Part shown: one piece after another, positions 11,655-23,990 of the stretch
Numbering within the stretch: the first letter of the stretch is position 1
Layout of the letters: each line of letters opens with the position of its first letter
Source: Oopsacas minuta
Taxonomy: Eukaryota > Animalia > Porifera
Assembly: GCA_024704765.1 (NCBI GenBank)
Contig: JAKMXF010000006.1
Coordinates: 62,795 to 126,794, forward strand
Direction: 5' to 3'
DNA: 64,000 nt
Notes under the pieces: model-generated
Database searches by the model: none
What the model saw: only the letters and a program-made list of their open reading frames with translations
Told to the model about the DNA's origin: nothing
Position numbers and translations under genes: made by a program

Positions 11655-11757
11655 AATATTATTAAATCTCAGTTGTTGTTTGTCTGTTTATTTGTCCGTT
11701 GATTACCTTGAGGCGCAATGCGCCGAGTTCATCGCGAAGCAACGAGCCAAAGGCTCG
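11655..11757 (+). mobile_element. Helitron-like family H, minimal internally deleted copy
   Basis: 5' part (attaaatctcagttgttgtttgtctg) is joined directly to the 3' part (ccttgaggcgcaatgcgccgagttcatcgcgaagcaacgagccaaaggctcg|t). Confidence 0.55.
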
Positions 11758-12227
11758 TTACCATTAAAATTGATAATTGTAAAATCATTTCACAAATTCT
11801 GATAAACATGGACTCACATCCCCAATGACCACCCTTGCTCTTTAGGCATTAGGCTACTGAATCTAGTTAATATACCGTATACATATAGCCTGGAAAGTGT
11901 AAAAGTGTGTCAATATATATATTTAAGATAAATATACAATTGAATCTACAAAATTTTGTTGAGAATAATTGGGTAATTGTTTTGCATTCATTTTCAGTTA
12001 TTAATCTTTATATGGATGCCGGTTATATGAACACCTGATATAACAATAAGCCGGATATGAGCAGCATCTTATCGAAAACAGTTATCATATAATCTTGTAT
12101 ATTTTATGCTGGTTATAAGCCTATGTAAAGCTACCGCCAGGTTTATATTTAACCTGTAGTGCACAATGTTATGCTGTTTCTACAGTTAGAATCTTATGCA
12201 ATCTACGTAGAAAAATTTGATAAGTTA

Positions 12228-13370
12228 ATGGCTACTAACACTATCGATTGTCATCACAAAGTGGTGATTGACAATGGTTCTGAAAGGATGAAGGTAGGCT
12301 TCCATGGGGCAGATACACCCTCTTACATATTCCCGACTCTTCTTGGCCGAATCCGATATTTATTTCTTCTTCAAATGAATTATAAGGAAACTTATGTTGG
12401 AACAGAAGCACAAGCAAAACGTGGTATCCTTGCTCTACAGTATCCGGTAGAATATGGTATAATCACAAACTGGGATGCTATGGAGAAAATATGGCATCAC
12501 ACATTCACTAATGAATTACGTGTAGCATCAGAGGAATGCACAGTTCTATTGACAGAACCACCTCTTAACCTTGGAGCTAACAGAGAGAAAACTATTCAGA
12601 TAATGTTTGAAACATTCGGTATCAATTCTCTCTATTTGTGCAACAGTTCTATACTATCTCTGTATGCTTCTAGTCGTACTACTGGAATTGTGATAGAATC
12701 AGGAGCAGGGGTGTCACACATTGTACCTATCTTCAAGCAACGTACACTTACTAACGGTATACCACGTCAAGATGGTGTTGCTGGCAAAGATCTGACTGAA
12801 ATCTTGATGAAAATGATGTGTGAACGTGGCTACTCATTCACCACAACAGCCGAAAGAATGATTGTTAACGAAATGAAGGAACAGTTATGTTATGTAGCTT
12901 TAGACTATAAGCAAGAGATGATAAGATCACAATCAGATTCCAGTCTGGAGAAGAATTATGAATTACCAGATGGTGGCATGTTGAATGTTGGTAGTGAGAG
13001 ATTTCGTTGTCCGGAAGCTCTTTTCGATCCTTCTCTGATAGGAGTGAGTACACACCGTTTGCAAGATCTAGTGTATAACTCCATTATGAAGTGTGACAAT
13101 GAGATACATAAGTATCTCGCTAGCAATATTGTATTATCTGGAGGTAACACAATGTTTCCTGGTTTCTCAGAGCGTATTGAGAAGGAAGTAATCAAGCTAC
13201 TTAGTCCGGATATGAGAGTTAAAGTTATTTCTCCTTCAAATAGAGAGTACAGTGCATGGATAGGAGGATCTGTTCTAGCTTCTATGAATGATTTCAATAA
13301 CGTTTGCTTATCTAAAGCTGAGTATGATGAATATGGACCTTGTATTGCGTATAGAAAATATGTACATTGA
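12228..13370 (+). CDS. Divergent actin / actin-like protein, intronless, 380 aa
   Basis: Full-length collinear match to conventional actin: VIDNGS, YVGTEAQAKRGIL, WDAMEKIWHHTF, LLTEPPLN, ERGYSFTTTAER, YELPDG, ERFRCPEALF, VLSGG, YSAWIGGSVLAS. First ATG at 12228; the ORF-track extension begins with GTG. Confidence 0.9.
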   Translation: MATNTIDCHHKVVIDNGSERMKVGFHGADTPSYIFPTLLGRIRYLFLLQMNYKETYVGTEAQAKRGILALQYPVEYGIITNWDAMEKIWHHTFTNELRVASEECTVLLTEPPLNLGANREKTIQIMFETFGINSLYLCNSSILSLYASSRTTGIVIESGAGVSHIVPIFKQRTLTNGIPRQDGVAGKDLTEILMKMMCERGYSFTTTAERMIVNEMKEQLCYVALDYKQEMIRSQSDSSLEKNYELPDGGMLNVGSERFRCPEALFDPSLIGVSTHRLQDLVYNSIMKCDNEIHKYLASNIVLSGGNTMFPGFSERIEKEVIKLLSPDMRVKVISPSNREYSAWIGGSVLASMNDFNNVCLSKAEYDEYGPCIAYRKYVH

Positions 13371-13414
13371 AATATGATTGAATGATATTTATTATATAAA
13401 TTGCCATTCTAATG

Positions 13415-13420
13415 AATAAA
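13415..13420 (+). promoter_or_regulatory. Polyadenylation signal of the actin-like gene
   Basis: AATAAA 45 nt after the TGA stop. Confidence 0.5.
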
Positions 13421-15254
13421 TGTATATTTTAGTTATAAAGGAGTTTTCTTTAGGTAATTGAATTTATTACACAAATGAAAACAGCCATACAGATATGATT
13501 CCATGTACAGATGATTTATTGATATGATGGATTCTTATAAGAAATGTTTTTAATGTAATTATTGTATGTCACTAAATTATTTCATTCGCATCAACAGACA
13601 GGGCCCGGGATAGAAACATTCACACAACCAGAAGCATGCAATAAGGATTTTGTGCATGCTTCTGGTAGTACGAATGTAGAAAATTGAGCTTCTTCATTGT
13701 TGGACCTGTTTACCATTATTGATAATTCAGATATTCATTTCCAGATGTTTCGAGTGTATTTGCCTCATAGACTACCATAATGAAGGAATGTGGACTGCCA
13801 GCTCGGGTCCTGGAACTTGGTCCATTGTATTCTCTTGATATCTCCTAATCCGCTAAAGTTAGACTACGAAAATGTATTATTGTTCGATAGGATCTCATAT
13901 GTTGGGTGTCGATTGATCATATTGCCTTACCTAAAATGTTTGTGGAATGTGAGTTATGTGGTTTTCACACCTTCCCATATTATGTTGGTAAGATAAAAAT
14001 ATCGCTTCCAATGTGAGTTAGACATAAGAAATCTGTTATTATACAATAGAGGTCCATAGGTAATGACTCCTTTTTAGATTTTCTTACCTGATAGCCAACT
14101 ATACATAAGAACACATTGTAAATTGTGACTTTTGGACTAGAGATGTTGTTTTCGGCCGAGGGATTTATTCCGTGGTCTGTATTGCAGAAACGGTGCATTT
14201 TTGTCCGATTAAATGTATGGCACTTTTGTGGAACAACAAATTATCAACCATAAAATATTTCAGGAATTTGCCAAATTATTTGAGAGCTTGTAATAACCCG
14301 TGTAACGTAACCTAAAATATTGCATCTTTCATTTACTAATTGTTGTATGGAATGTTTTGTATAAATCTTTATGCATTATAAAAATTGTCTTCATAAAGTT
14401 GGCTCGTTCTTGAGTTTTCGTAGGGGCATTGGATGACACAATTTTGTGAATATCTAATTATAATTCAATAATCGTGAATTTATTGTTAACTTGATTCTCC
14501 CATCAGTGACTCAACACGTGTAAACAATATTAGTGCGCTTCCCGTGTATGATGTAAGCTAGCCCAGAATATAGTATTATAGATTAATGTTATTTATTGAG
14601 GGTAATTATAGCATCTGGCCCTTTGGACACAATTAGCCAGTGAATAGTTGACATCAAAGGTCATTAAAATCGTTTTCCACTTTATGATGCTACGAGGAAG
14701 CATTGAGAGCCAGAGAATTATACTTATGAGAGATGTAGAAATTTACAAACTCCACAGGTACAGAGATTAGAATTAGTGCATGCTTGCAACCGAATAGTTC
14801 AATATTTGGTTCCCGAATATTCGTACTGTCAACATCCGGTTACTCGAATGGCGGTTAACTCGAACACATACAATTCCAATCATTGTACTTTTAATTATTA
14901 TCGCATTCGTTAACTTGAACATACGCTATCTCGAACAGATTTTCAGGGTTCAAGTTCCCGGGATATTAACTGTTTAGATATTAGTTAAGAATATTTTGAA
15001 TACTTTTGATATGAAAGATTTGTATTGCATTTTTTGATTTTTCTAGATTGATAGCATACGTTAGCGTCTAACAAATTTGATTTATCCAAGGCAAAACGAG
15101 GAAATGTCTACGCGGCAAAGTAAAGGTCAGTCAAAATATCTGCCATTCCATCAAAATAGATTATGTGTGTACATGTTGTAATTACCAATCAGTCTAAGTT
15201 GAGTAGATTTGATGCAAACCTTAGATTTGAATTACTTTAATTCTTAGGCGAGAC

Positions 15255-15262
15255 TATAAAAG
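15255..15262 (+). promoter_or_regulatory. TATA box candidate of carboxylesterase copy 1
   Basis: ttcttagg..gacTATAAAAGaaa is conserved with the copy-2 upstream region (30877). Confidence 0.45.
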
Positions 15263-15740
15263 AAAGATGAATTTATCATAGCTGAGTATTACATTGGATA
15301 ATATTGAAAGAAAATCACAGAAAAACGACCAATTCATCTGCAATTAAATAAATACTGGGTAATTATAGTTATTAATCACATTTTTATGCTCAATTAATAA
15401 TTATATATTTCTGGCAACCAAGCCGTGAGAATTGGCATTACAGTAGCATCAAATTGTACAGTGAAGAACATAGATTTCACTTTTGACAATTGGAAAAGCG
15501 TGGGACTCACGTCTAAGGCATCAAGATTGGCACCTCTGCACTATACATAAGTGGTCTCGCTCCCAGGGTCGGGACGTTTTATCTGTAGTTGATATAGCAT
15601 TCCTTATTAAAATGACGCCGGTATCTACCTTCTGTAATTCTTGAAATTGGCAACCTCGTTTTTCAAATCCTGGGACCACCCCGCTATATATTTTTATAGA
15701 GTGTAGAATTTATCTATTTATCACATTTAGGATCACAAAA

Positions 15741-18700
15741 ATGAAGTCAATTTGTTGCTTATAATATGCTGTCTCATAATCATTTCTACACAGTTAGAGG
15801 GTGATAGTGTTACAGTGGATCTACCATTCGGATCTATTAAGGGATATTCTAACGGAGATTCCTGACAGTTTTACGGAATACCATTTGCAGCTCCTCCAGT
15901 AGGAGATCTACGTTGGCAGCCTCCTACTGACTTCACCCCTTGGGCTGGATCTACACTAGGTGCTAATATCCCACCACCTGCTTGTATTCAAAATTGTGAA
16001 GGTGCAATATTTGGTTGTATGACCAATAGTGAAGATTGTCTCTATTTGAATATTTTCATACCTCTCCCCTGGACACCTGGTTCAAACATAACGTATGATG
16101 TATTACTGTTCATATATGGGGGCTCATTCATACAAGGGTCATCTGATAGTTTGATCTACGATTCCAAGTAAGAGTAATGAATAATTATCATATGAGTACT
16201 TAACTGGGTTTGAGTACGCTTGGTTTGATAAGCATACTAGATTACAGCAGATATATAGTAAGTCATGAACTAAATGCTTCGGGAATCATTTTATACAAGG
16301 ATGCTCAATTGTTCTTATACGCGGGCCTTACTGTATATCTACTATAATATATTTTGCTTCTCAATTCCACGACAATCTCTAGAGACATTGGGGGAGATTG
16401 CTAATTTACGATGTTGGGGGATCAAATGAACATTTTCCACCGTTTTCATAGATCAGCCATTAGTAGTTATCCAATGGGATGCGGAAAAAGTTTGAAAGTC
16501 GAAGTAAGAATTAGTCCGAAAAATAAAGTACGGATAAGATCGAAAACGTATGAAGTGGGAATAAGATCAAAAGGATTGTAAGGCTTAGAATATTTCAACT
16601 ATCGCTCGGAAACTCAGCTTGCATTGGTGTACATCTTGGCCCTACCCTGAGTCAGCAGAGAATTGTTCTATCTTCTAACAGAGCAGCCATACAATATCCA
16701 ATGTAGTGTTCCTATTACAGCCTTTAGAGAGAGTATGGAGATAGAGATTCCTATAGCTGCTTGTGTGCTAGTGGCATGCAAACACGTGTCAGATGGATAA
16801 ATGACGAAAAAGAAAGAAGTTCCTAAAGAATGGCTCTGTCCCACCTGTGATGTTCGGATCTTTTTCAGCCCTCCAAGTGAATTAGATTCTTTGGTATCGC
16901 TAGGAGCGTGCTGATTGGCATTTATCGGATGGATTGATTGCATTGCATTTCTAAGAGACTATTGCATTTAAGTTCACGATTGCGATTGCCACTCCGAGTT
17001 TCAGCTCGCTTGATCGCAGGTCTACTTCGTACTTCGAAAATATTTCGAGTCTCATTCCTTTTTGAGAGATATTTCGAACTTAGTTCTACTTAAAATTATT
17101 CCGACGACTAGTTATTCAACATTAGTGATTACATACTCAACTTCGAATGGTATGCAATATTTCGAACGCTTCTTTTGCACTTGGCACTATGCTGCTGGGA
17201 TCTGTGAGGGTATACGTATTATGGCCTTAATTACATATCATATTTTACTTCTAAATAGGTTCTTCTCAAACTTCACTAATACCATCATAATAACGTTCAA
17301 TTATCGCCTTGGAGTACTAGGTTTCCTAAGGAATCCGTTATATGGTATAGATGGGAATATGGGATTTATAGATCAACGTATGGCTATGCTATGGGTTAAC
17401 GCCTATATTTCATATTTCGGAGGGAATGGGAAGATTACCCTGTTTGGGGAAAGTGCTGGAGCTATCTCTGTCGGAGCACACTTAGCATCCCCTCTATCCA
17501 CGGGACTATTTGATAACGCTATCATTGAGAGCGACCCCTGGACTGCCCCATTAAGAAATACAGTTGATGCAGACGTATTGGGAGAGGACTTCTTTTTGGT
17601 AAGTAGTTATATAAATATTACCGCACTTCATGAAGCACTGCATAATGAACATTTCGCAAAACCGGATCGACACTCTGATTTCTACCCAAAGTACAAACTT
17701 GGAAATTTGCAAATGGTTTGGTTGCTTCTGTGAAACAATGTTGGCAATAATAACTTAGAAATAAAATAAAATTTGTCCCAATTTAACAAAATTTTGGCTA
17801 TCAATCTAGCTTAATAAAATTTGCTCAGATCAATAGGGATTTCCAATTTCGATTTACGAATCTTTACCACTAGGTTAGTGGAGGTTGTCCATTTTTCTCC
17901 ACAACTAGTGTCTCAATTAAGTGGAGTTAACTAAATGTTCCATTTAGCAAATCTCGCTAAAGTGATTTGTTTACCTAATCAACCTTAGTCTTATTGTAAA
18001 ATAGTCTAGCCATAGCGCACAAGTGCAGATTATTCCACCATTTATATTTCTATCTTAATGAATCCAAGTACAACTGATTAAAGTGTAATTTCATAACTAT
18101 ATGCACGTGTTCCGAATTGAGCACTAAATATACAGTCGTCTCCGTACAGATTTTTCATGGATTACCCTCTTTAAGCTTAAGTCATTCTAGTATGCTTAAC
18201 AACAATGTGTGTGTTGGGTTAAGATTTTTGTTGTTTTGGCTGTATTTTCTAGCATTCATTGTAGCTTGACTTTCTTTTACTGCTGCAGGGGCCTTTTCTG
18301 GGCTAACCCAGCTAATATTCATGGTTGTATACTCTGGTTTATCCGAACATATTACAGGACAGGGGATAGTCTGGGATTTTCCCAGGCCTAATCTATGTTA
18401 GCCTGGGTATTAATTAAGCTAGTCAATAATATTTCCCCTAGCACTGTAAAAGATACTCCTGGCAGCCTGAGTCAACATTAGGGCTAGAAATAGGCCTGAC
18501 TCAACGAAAATGAGTACATATTTCCCAATTATTGTCATGATAATTCGATGAAATATAGATATGGAGGCCCCGGACCAAATGCATACTTACCAATCCTTTC
18601 TAACAAAATCCTTAGATATTTATCTCGAAATCCCTGGATTTTCAAAATTTTACTTGCAGATAATATGATTTTTTCACTATTTTATCAGAAAATTGAGAGA

Positions 18701-20118
18701 AATATCCTAATATTTCCCCTGTATTTAGTAATTTTCCCCTTGGATATCATGTCAAATCCGGGGATTATCCAGTGGCCCTGGAAAGATTGGCAAGTATTCA
18801 AATGGCCGTCCTGATACCATCTCAGATACTGTACCTGATTATGTATTAGAGAGGATAGTTATAATCTCATCCACATACCAAAATATACACAAACTTCACG
18901 AATCTAATAATTGGATTAAATTCTATTAGTACAGTAGAACACGAATAATAGGTACACCCTCGGCAAAAAAGATATAGTAAGTACCAACTAAGCTTGCACG
19001 CCTTAAGCCGAGCGCCCTACCAAATTCTAATGTACTTAGCTGACTATATCTGAAATTTCATTTACACGACAATTAACTCACAATACTCGATATTATCTGA
19101 GTTCGATAAGCCACAAGATCAATGCAACATCATGTTCGATATTACTGAGATTTACTTTATATATAATATATAGGAACTTGATTGCTTCACAAAAGGTTGC
19201 ATCCTTAACAAAAAGTCAGAAGAAATATTAATGGCTCAAACAAAGTTTAGCTTACCGTTTCCTTTTTCGCTCAATATCCTCGCAGATTTTCTTCCTTGGG
19301 CTCCGATCGTTGACAACATAAACTTACTTGATCAGCCATTAGCAACACTGCTTGAAAAAGCAAAAACTTCTGCTTTTCTACCTGTGATAATAGGTACCAC
19401 TACCAACGAAGGATTCTTTTTCATAGAGGAGTTAAATATGGTATCACCAGTTAAAGGAGAAGCTTTATATGACGCCATGTTGCCATTAATCTTTCCATTG
19501 CATTTCGAATCTGTAGTTAATACATACAATTCATTGTACGGAGTACCAACGAACTATGTAGATAGGTTATCATTGATAGCAGGAGATTACTTGTTCCTCT
19601 GCCCGACAAGGAAATTGTTAGCTACGATATCCGATGGTCAACAAAACACTTGGGGTTATCTTTGGAATAGAGGTGAAACATACAACGCATCAAGTACTTT
19701 CTGTTATAATATACCATGTCATGGATCAGAACTCCCCTACGTATTCGGTACTCCTAGTCTATGGGGCCAACAGTTCACTCCTAATGACTTAAATCTATCC
19801 AGACAGATACAGACTTACTGGAGAAACATGGCCTATAGTAGTGATCCTAACATGGGGCCGGGTGGGACTGGAGTATATCCAGCCTGGTCGAGATACGAAA
19901 CAAAGACTCGAGTAGAGATGTTTTTCGACGAACCAATTGGTAGACTGTCGTACAACTACAGTGATAGGGTATGTGACTTTCTAGACACCATAGGGTATGA
20001 TCGTTCAGATATATTCGGAAATTCCTCAGTAATTAGGAGCTCTCTATTGATGGTAGTTGTAGGTGAGTTAATTACTATATATTCATATACACGTATATAC
20101 TACAGTGGTATATTTTAA
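15741..20118 (+). pseudogene. Type-B carboxylesterase (cholinesterase-like alpha/beta hydrolase), copy 1, disrupted in exon 1
   Basis: Coding exons 15741-16167, 17259-17598, 19174-20118 (GT-AG, in frame). Motifs FYGIPFAAPPVGDLRW, SEDCLYLNIF, GESAG, GTTTNEG, CHGSELPYVFG. A 4-nt deletion in the signal peptide and TGG>TGA at 15863, relative to copy 2. Confidence 0.85.
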
Positions 20119-20261
20119 CCTTTTACACAAAATATAACCTAAAAGTGGGCATTCCTTCTATCTAAATTTCTTTTAATTCGGTTATTATCATCATGATGGA
20201 TAACTTGTACTAAGTTGGTAAAAAAGTACGGCTTAGAAAGGAAACGATGTCAGGCATGTTG

Positions 20262-20408
20262 GGGGCCGTTCAAACGTTGTGTAACACTACAAGGCAAAAG
20301 GGAGTGGTATGCGAAGTGTGACACCCCATTCTTTTTGTATTACAAAACGATGAAAAAGCGTGATATAGAGGAAGTGAATTTTGCGATTCTTAACGTTTGA
20401 ACGGCACC
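20262..20408. mobile_element. PIF/Harbinger-like MITE
   Basis: GGGGCCGTTCAAACGTT ... AACGTTTGAACGGCACC with TTG/TTA flanks. Related ends at about 28870-29023. Confidence 0.5.
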
Positions 20409-21837
20409 TTAGTGAGTAAGGAAGTTAGTGCAACAATTGTGCCTGCTTAATGATACCATCGTGCGGACGCAATAATTGTTATGTATTCGAGAGCGATACA
20501 GTAGAAACCGACAAAATATAATCCTCCGATGAATTACATAAATATGACGCATTTTGACATTTCTCTATTACATCCCATAGTGTTCAATAGGATTTATCAT
20601 ATGATATAGATTTATATTGTTTTCGTCTTATAGCAGTTATTGTGATTGGATTGATCAACAGTATCTCCTCCTAATAACAAACAATTGTTCATATATCTCC
20701 GTGTGCTATCAAAATTTTCACCAAATTTACTTTATTCCATGAATTATTCTCTACTTTGTAATATAGATCACAAATAATGTTTCATAGGAAATTATTTTCT
20801 TTTGTGATTGTCAAGAATTATAATTCATTTGAAGATTTACAATGAACTATATTGCTTATAGAATTAGTTGGTATTTAGAATAGAAGTAATTTCAAACATA
20901 TTTCTTTAGTCCAGTGCATCTTTGATTTCACCTGGAGAAATTGTATCAATAATAGGTTATATTTATTTTTGACATCAAAAAGCACATACAAAAGTCCGAC
21001 AAAGGTAATTAAAAGTGTAATATAGACATAACTTCCAGAATTGAAGCATAAATCAAATTTTATGCCGATTTTCGTCATCTGTGCAAAATTCCTGCATTTG
21101 TGTAGTTACTTGAATATATTGGAGAATATTTTCCCTAGAAATGTAATAACTGGTCTGGGGACTAGTTATGGTCAACCATAACAGGTCTAGTCTGGCTATA
21201 ACCGATCCGGAAGTGGAACAATCATGGCCCGACATTAATTATATGCTTTATTCTTAACTAATCCTATCAAAATGCAATTCACCAAATAGATATCGATCCC
21301 AAAGACCCAATCAAACAACCAAGAGGTAGTTAGACATCCGGACAGTGCTGTCAAGTGAGTTCATACAAATTCCTGGAGATTAAGAATAATATTTACGGAT
21401 ATCTAGAATTTTTGCGAAGCATTCAAATCTCACCTTACTTATTCTTCTATAGCGAAATCACTTGAGACTATTAGTCAGGCTTGTAGGTTGAAGCAATATT
21501 CTAATTCAATGATTGGTTAGCCTTTAGGGACTCCAGTTTACAAAGCTGAGTCCATAAAGGCTAACCCATTATTGAAATAGAATATAGCTTCAACCGTTCC
21601 CATCCGAAATTGAGGTAACAGGATATAATTACTACTCAATGAATTTGAGAGCACAAGGACAAGTCTTTCTTCAAAGTTATTGGCCTATATGGCAAAGGTT
21701 AGTCTCATTATCGTCTTCTTAGTCACACCTTCCCTTCTTCTTATACTCTTCCTCGGTTTTGCTGATTTCTATCACTAAAGAATAATTCAATGGTGTGATA
21801 ATATCAATTTACAACAGTGGTCATTTAAGGCAATTTA

Positions 21838-22069
21838 AGTATTGGAACACTGTACCACTTGTGGCATAAGTGACACACGGTGAGAATACATTGAAAGATT
21901 CTATGGATATAGCAGCTAGCAGAAAGTAGAGCAATAACTCGTTGTTTATGATATATTTATGTGCAAAATTGTTCGAAATCATCTTACATCGATACAATTA
22001 TGGTGGCATGTCTATTGGTGCCATGAGCACACTGTGGCAGGATGTTCCAATACTTTTGGCGAGGCAGTG
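21838..22069. mobile_element. Tc1-like MITE, second copy of the 6421-6671 family (left end eroded)
   Basis: Shares agtattggaacac...ccacttgtg...ctatggatatagcag...ggtgccatg...caatacttttggcgaggcagtg|ta. Confidence 0.7.
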
Positions 22070-22077
22070 TATATATA

Positions 22078-22216
22078 CTGTAGACTCCAGTTAATCGGGT
22101 CACATCGGGACCATACCATTTTGACTCGATTAAGCTGAATAGAGGTGTTGACCCGATTAACCGGAGAAAATTAACTCTAATTGTATCGTTCTGTTTCTGG
22201 CCAAGTGAGTCTACTG
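22078..22216. mobile_element. pogo/Tigger-like MITE
   Basis: TA|CTGTAGACTC ... GAGTCTACTG|TA. Confidence 0.6.
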
Positions 22217-22671
22217 TATGTGTGTATATATTATATAAATATGTTAGTATTTCAAGAATTGATTGAAGAAACTAGAGGATCCGCAGTGCTGATTTTTGGC
22301 ATATAGGGTTTTTACATGCCTCAGACTAGTTCGAGTCTTTACGCCTATGGCCATATTATGACGTAATATTTACCTTTTCGGATTTGGATAATCACATTAT
22401 TCGCCACTGCTCAGCCAATATACATAATATATGGTTAAAATTTGAATCTGAGGTACCCTTCAATATGCCAAATGTCCTGACGTCATGATTTTGACCAAAG
22501 CCAAACTCATCAAGGAATAATTACATCATGACTGTACTATGTACAAACATTGAAAATTTCTCCAGTTTGGCATTTTATGATAATCTGATATTCATTGTAG
22601 TATGTAGCACCTAGATTCATATCGAAAACTATCGTAGCTTCGATGGAAGGTCGTGATTAAGATAAATCCTA

Positions 22672-22716
22672 GTCACAAAGCTGTCGCACAGCGAAGTAGT
22701 AAGCGAACCGCGCTAG
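22672..22716 (+). repeat. Canonical Helitron 3' end (CTAG|T), family B
   Basis: gctgtcgcacagcgaagtagtaagcgaaccgcgCTAG|T. A related end lies on the minus strand at 63121-63160. Confidence 0.5.
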
Positions 22717-22944
22717 TTATTATTCTTATTATTTATGCATCAACTATTATATTACTTTGTTATCCAGGTCGCATAATTATCAGAGTTTGTGGATTAGAAT
22801 AACAAATTGAAAATGTTTAGAAATAGAAAGAAACTGTAACTTTGGTTACAAATCATGGTAACTAGTAACCGAAATTTTTTCATTCTCTTCAGTTTTTCAT
22901 AGCAGGTTTAGAGTTTACTGTCTGGAAAAGTAAACGCTATCCAA

Positions 22945-23189
22945 GTAGGATAGACAGTACCGCACCTTCTTTCAGATTTGGATACGTGCGAGGGACTTCT
23001 CGATAAAGGTACTCAAAATGTATACGCCATTTCTTCCTCTCTGAAATGCTTGGGACACACGATGGTGAGCCCGCGCCCGAAGTCAAGAGTATCTGCGTTC
23101 ATCGGGTTTGTGTGGCATCGTAAATACTGCTAGTTGTTCCTCGTTATCATAGTTCCTGAACAAGCGGAGGCAGAACAGCGACTGAGCAT
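22945..23189 (-). pseudogene. THAP zinc-finger domain remnant (probably transposon-derived)
   Basis: Frameshifted translation MLSRCSASACSG..NYDNEEQLAVFTMP....IVCPKHFREEE....LKEGAVLSI fits the THAP pattern M-x3-C-x4-C...C-x2-H-F...AVP. Confidence 0.6.
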
Positions 23190-23496
23190 TGTAGCATTTG
23201 CAGAATTATATGTATGAAGCTGGAAATATATGCAGAAAATTGCAAATTCGCATTAAAGTTCAATACAATTATATATTACAAGTAAATACTACCATGTATG
23301 GGTTAATGCGTTTGGGTGCTAATAATACTTGTTCATACGGTTAGAGATCAAAACAAGGTATTTACCTGATAATTTAGTGATATAACATTATATTGAAGGT
23401 AAGATGAGAAGGAAGCGCGGGGTGATATTTTACTGTTTGTAATTTAGTGCTTTAATGTAATGATTCAATACTACGATAATTTCTGCCCTTGTAGAG

Positions 23497-23585
23497 AGGG
23501 ATACAATTCTATCCAACTTATAGGATAGAAATGTATCCCTCAGCCATAAATGGGATAGTCACCCTAGGACTATCTCATCTATGGC
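23497..23585. repeat. Two adjacent 18-bp-stem hairpins
   Basis: agggatacaattctatcc-8nt-ggatagaaatgtatccct (17/18 paired), then gccataaatgggatagtc-7nt-gactatctcatctatggc (16/18 paired). Confidence 0.8.
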
Positions 23586-23990
23586 GAAAATTAAGAAGCA
23601 TACTACAATCCCGCGTTTAACCCATAAGCAATTGAACAAGTTGGAAACGTCTTGCTAGAAACAAATGCAAAGTCTCTATCAATTCACGTGGTCAATTGAA
23701 TTCTGTAAATTTGTTGTTCTATAGAAATCGCTCAATTAATAATAAATAGCCTGTTTTAATACGTATTGTATTGCTATGTGGATACTTTAAATACATTTGA
23801 CTTGTTAATATTATCCCTAAATTATATATGTTAGATTCACCAATCTGTTTAGAGCTTTATTGTTATTATGAAAATGTTCTAAACATGTTCAGTCTACTGT
23901 TTACATCCTATAACTAGCACACACAAGTACAAAACTAGAGCTGGTAAATAACAAAGAGAAGTCTACAAATCAACCAGCTGTAGAATGTTT

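Noticed and set aside
12159-12227. N-terminal extension of the actin ORF in the ORF track
   Set aside because: Starts at GTG, has no actin similarity, and contains acceptor-like ctgtttctacag; ATG 12228 is preferred.
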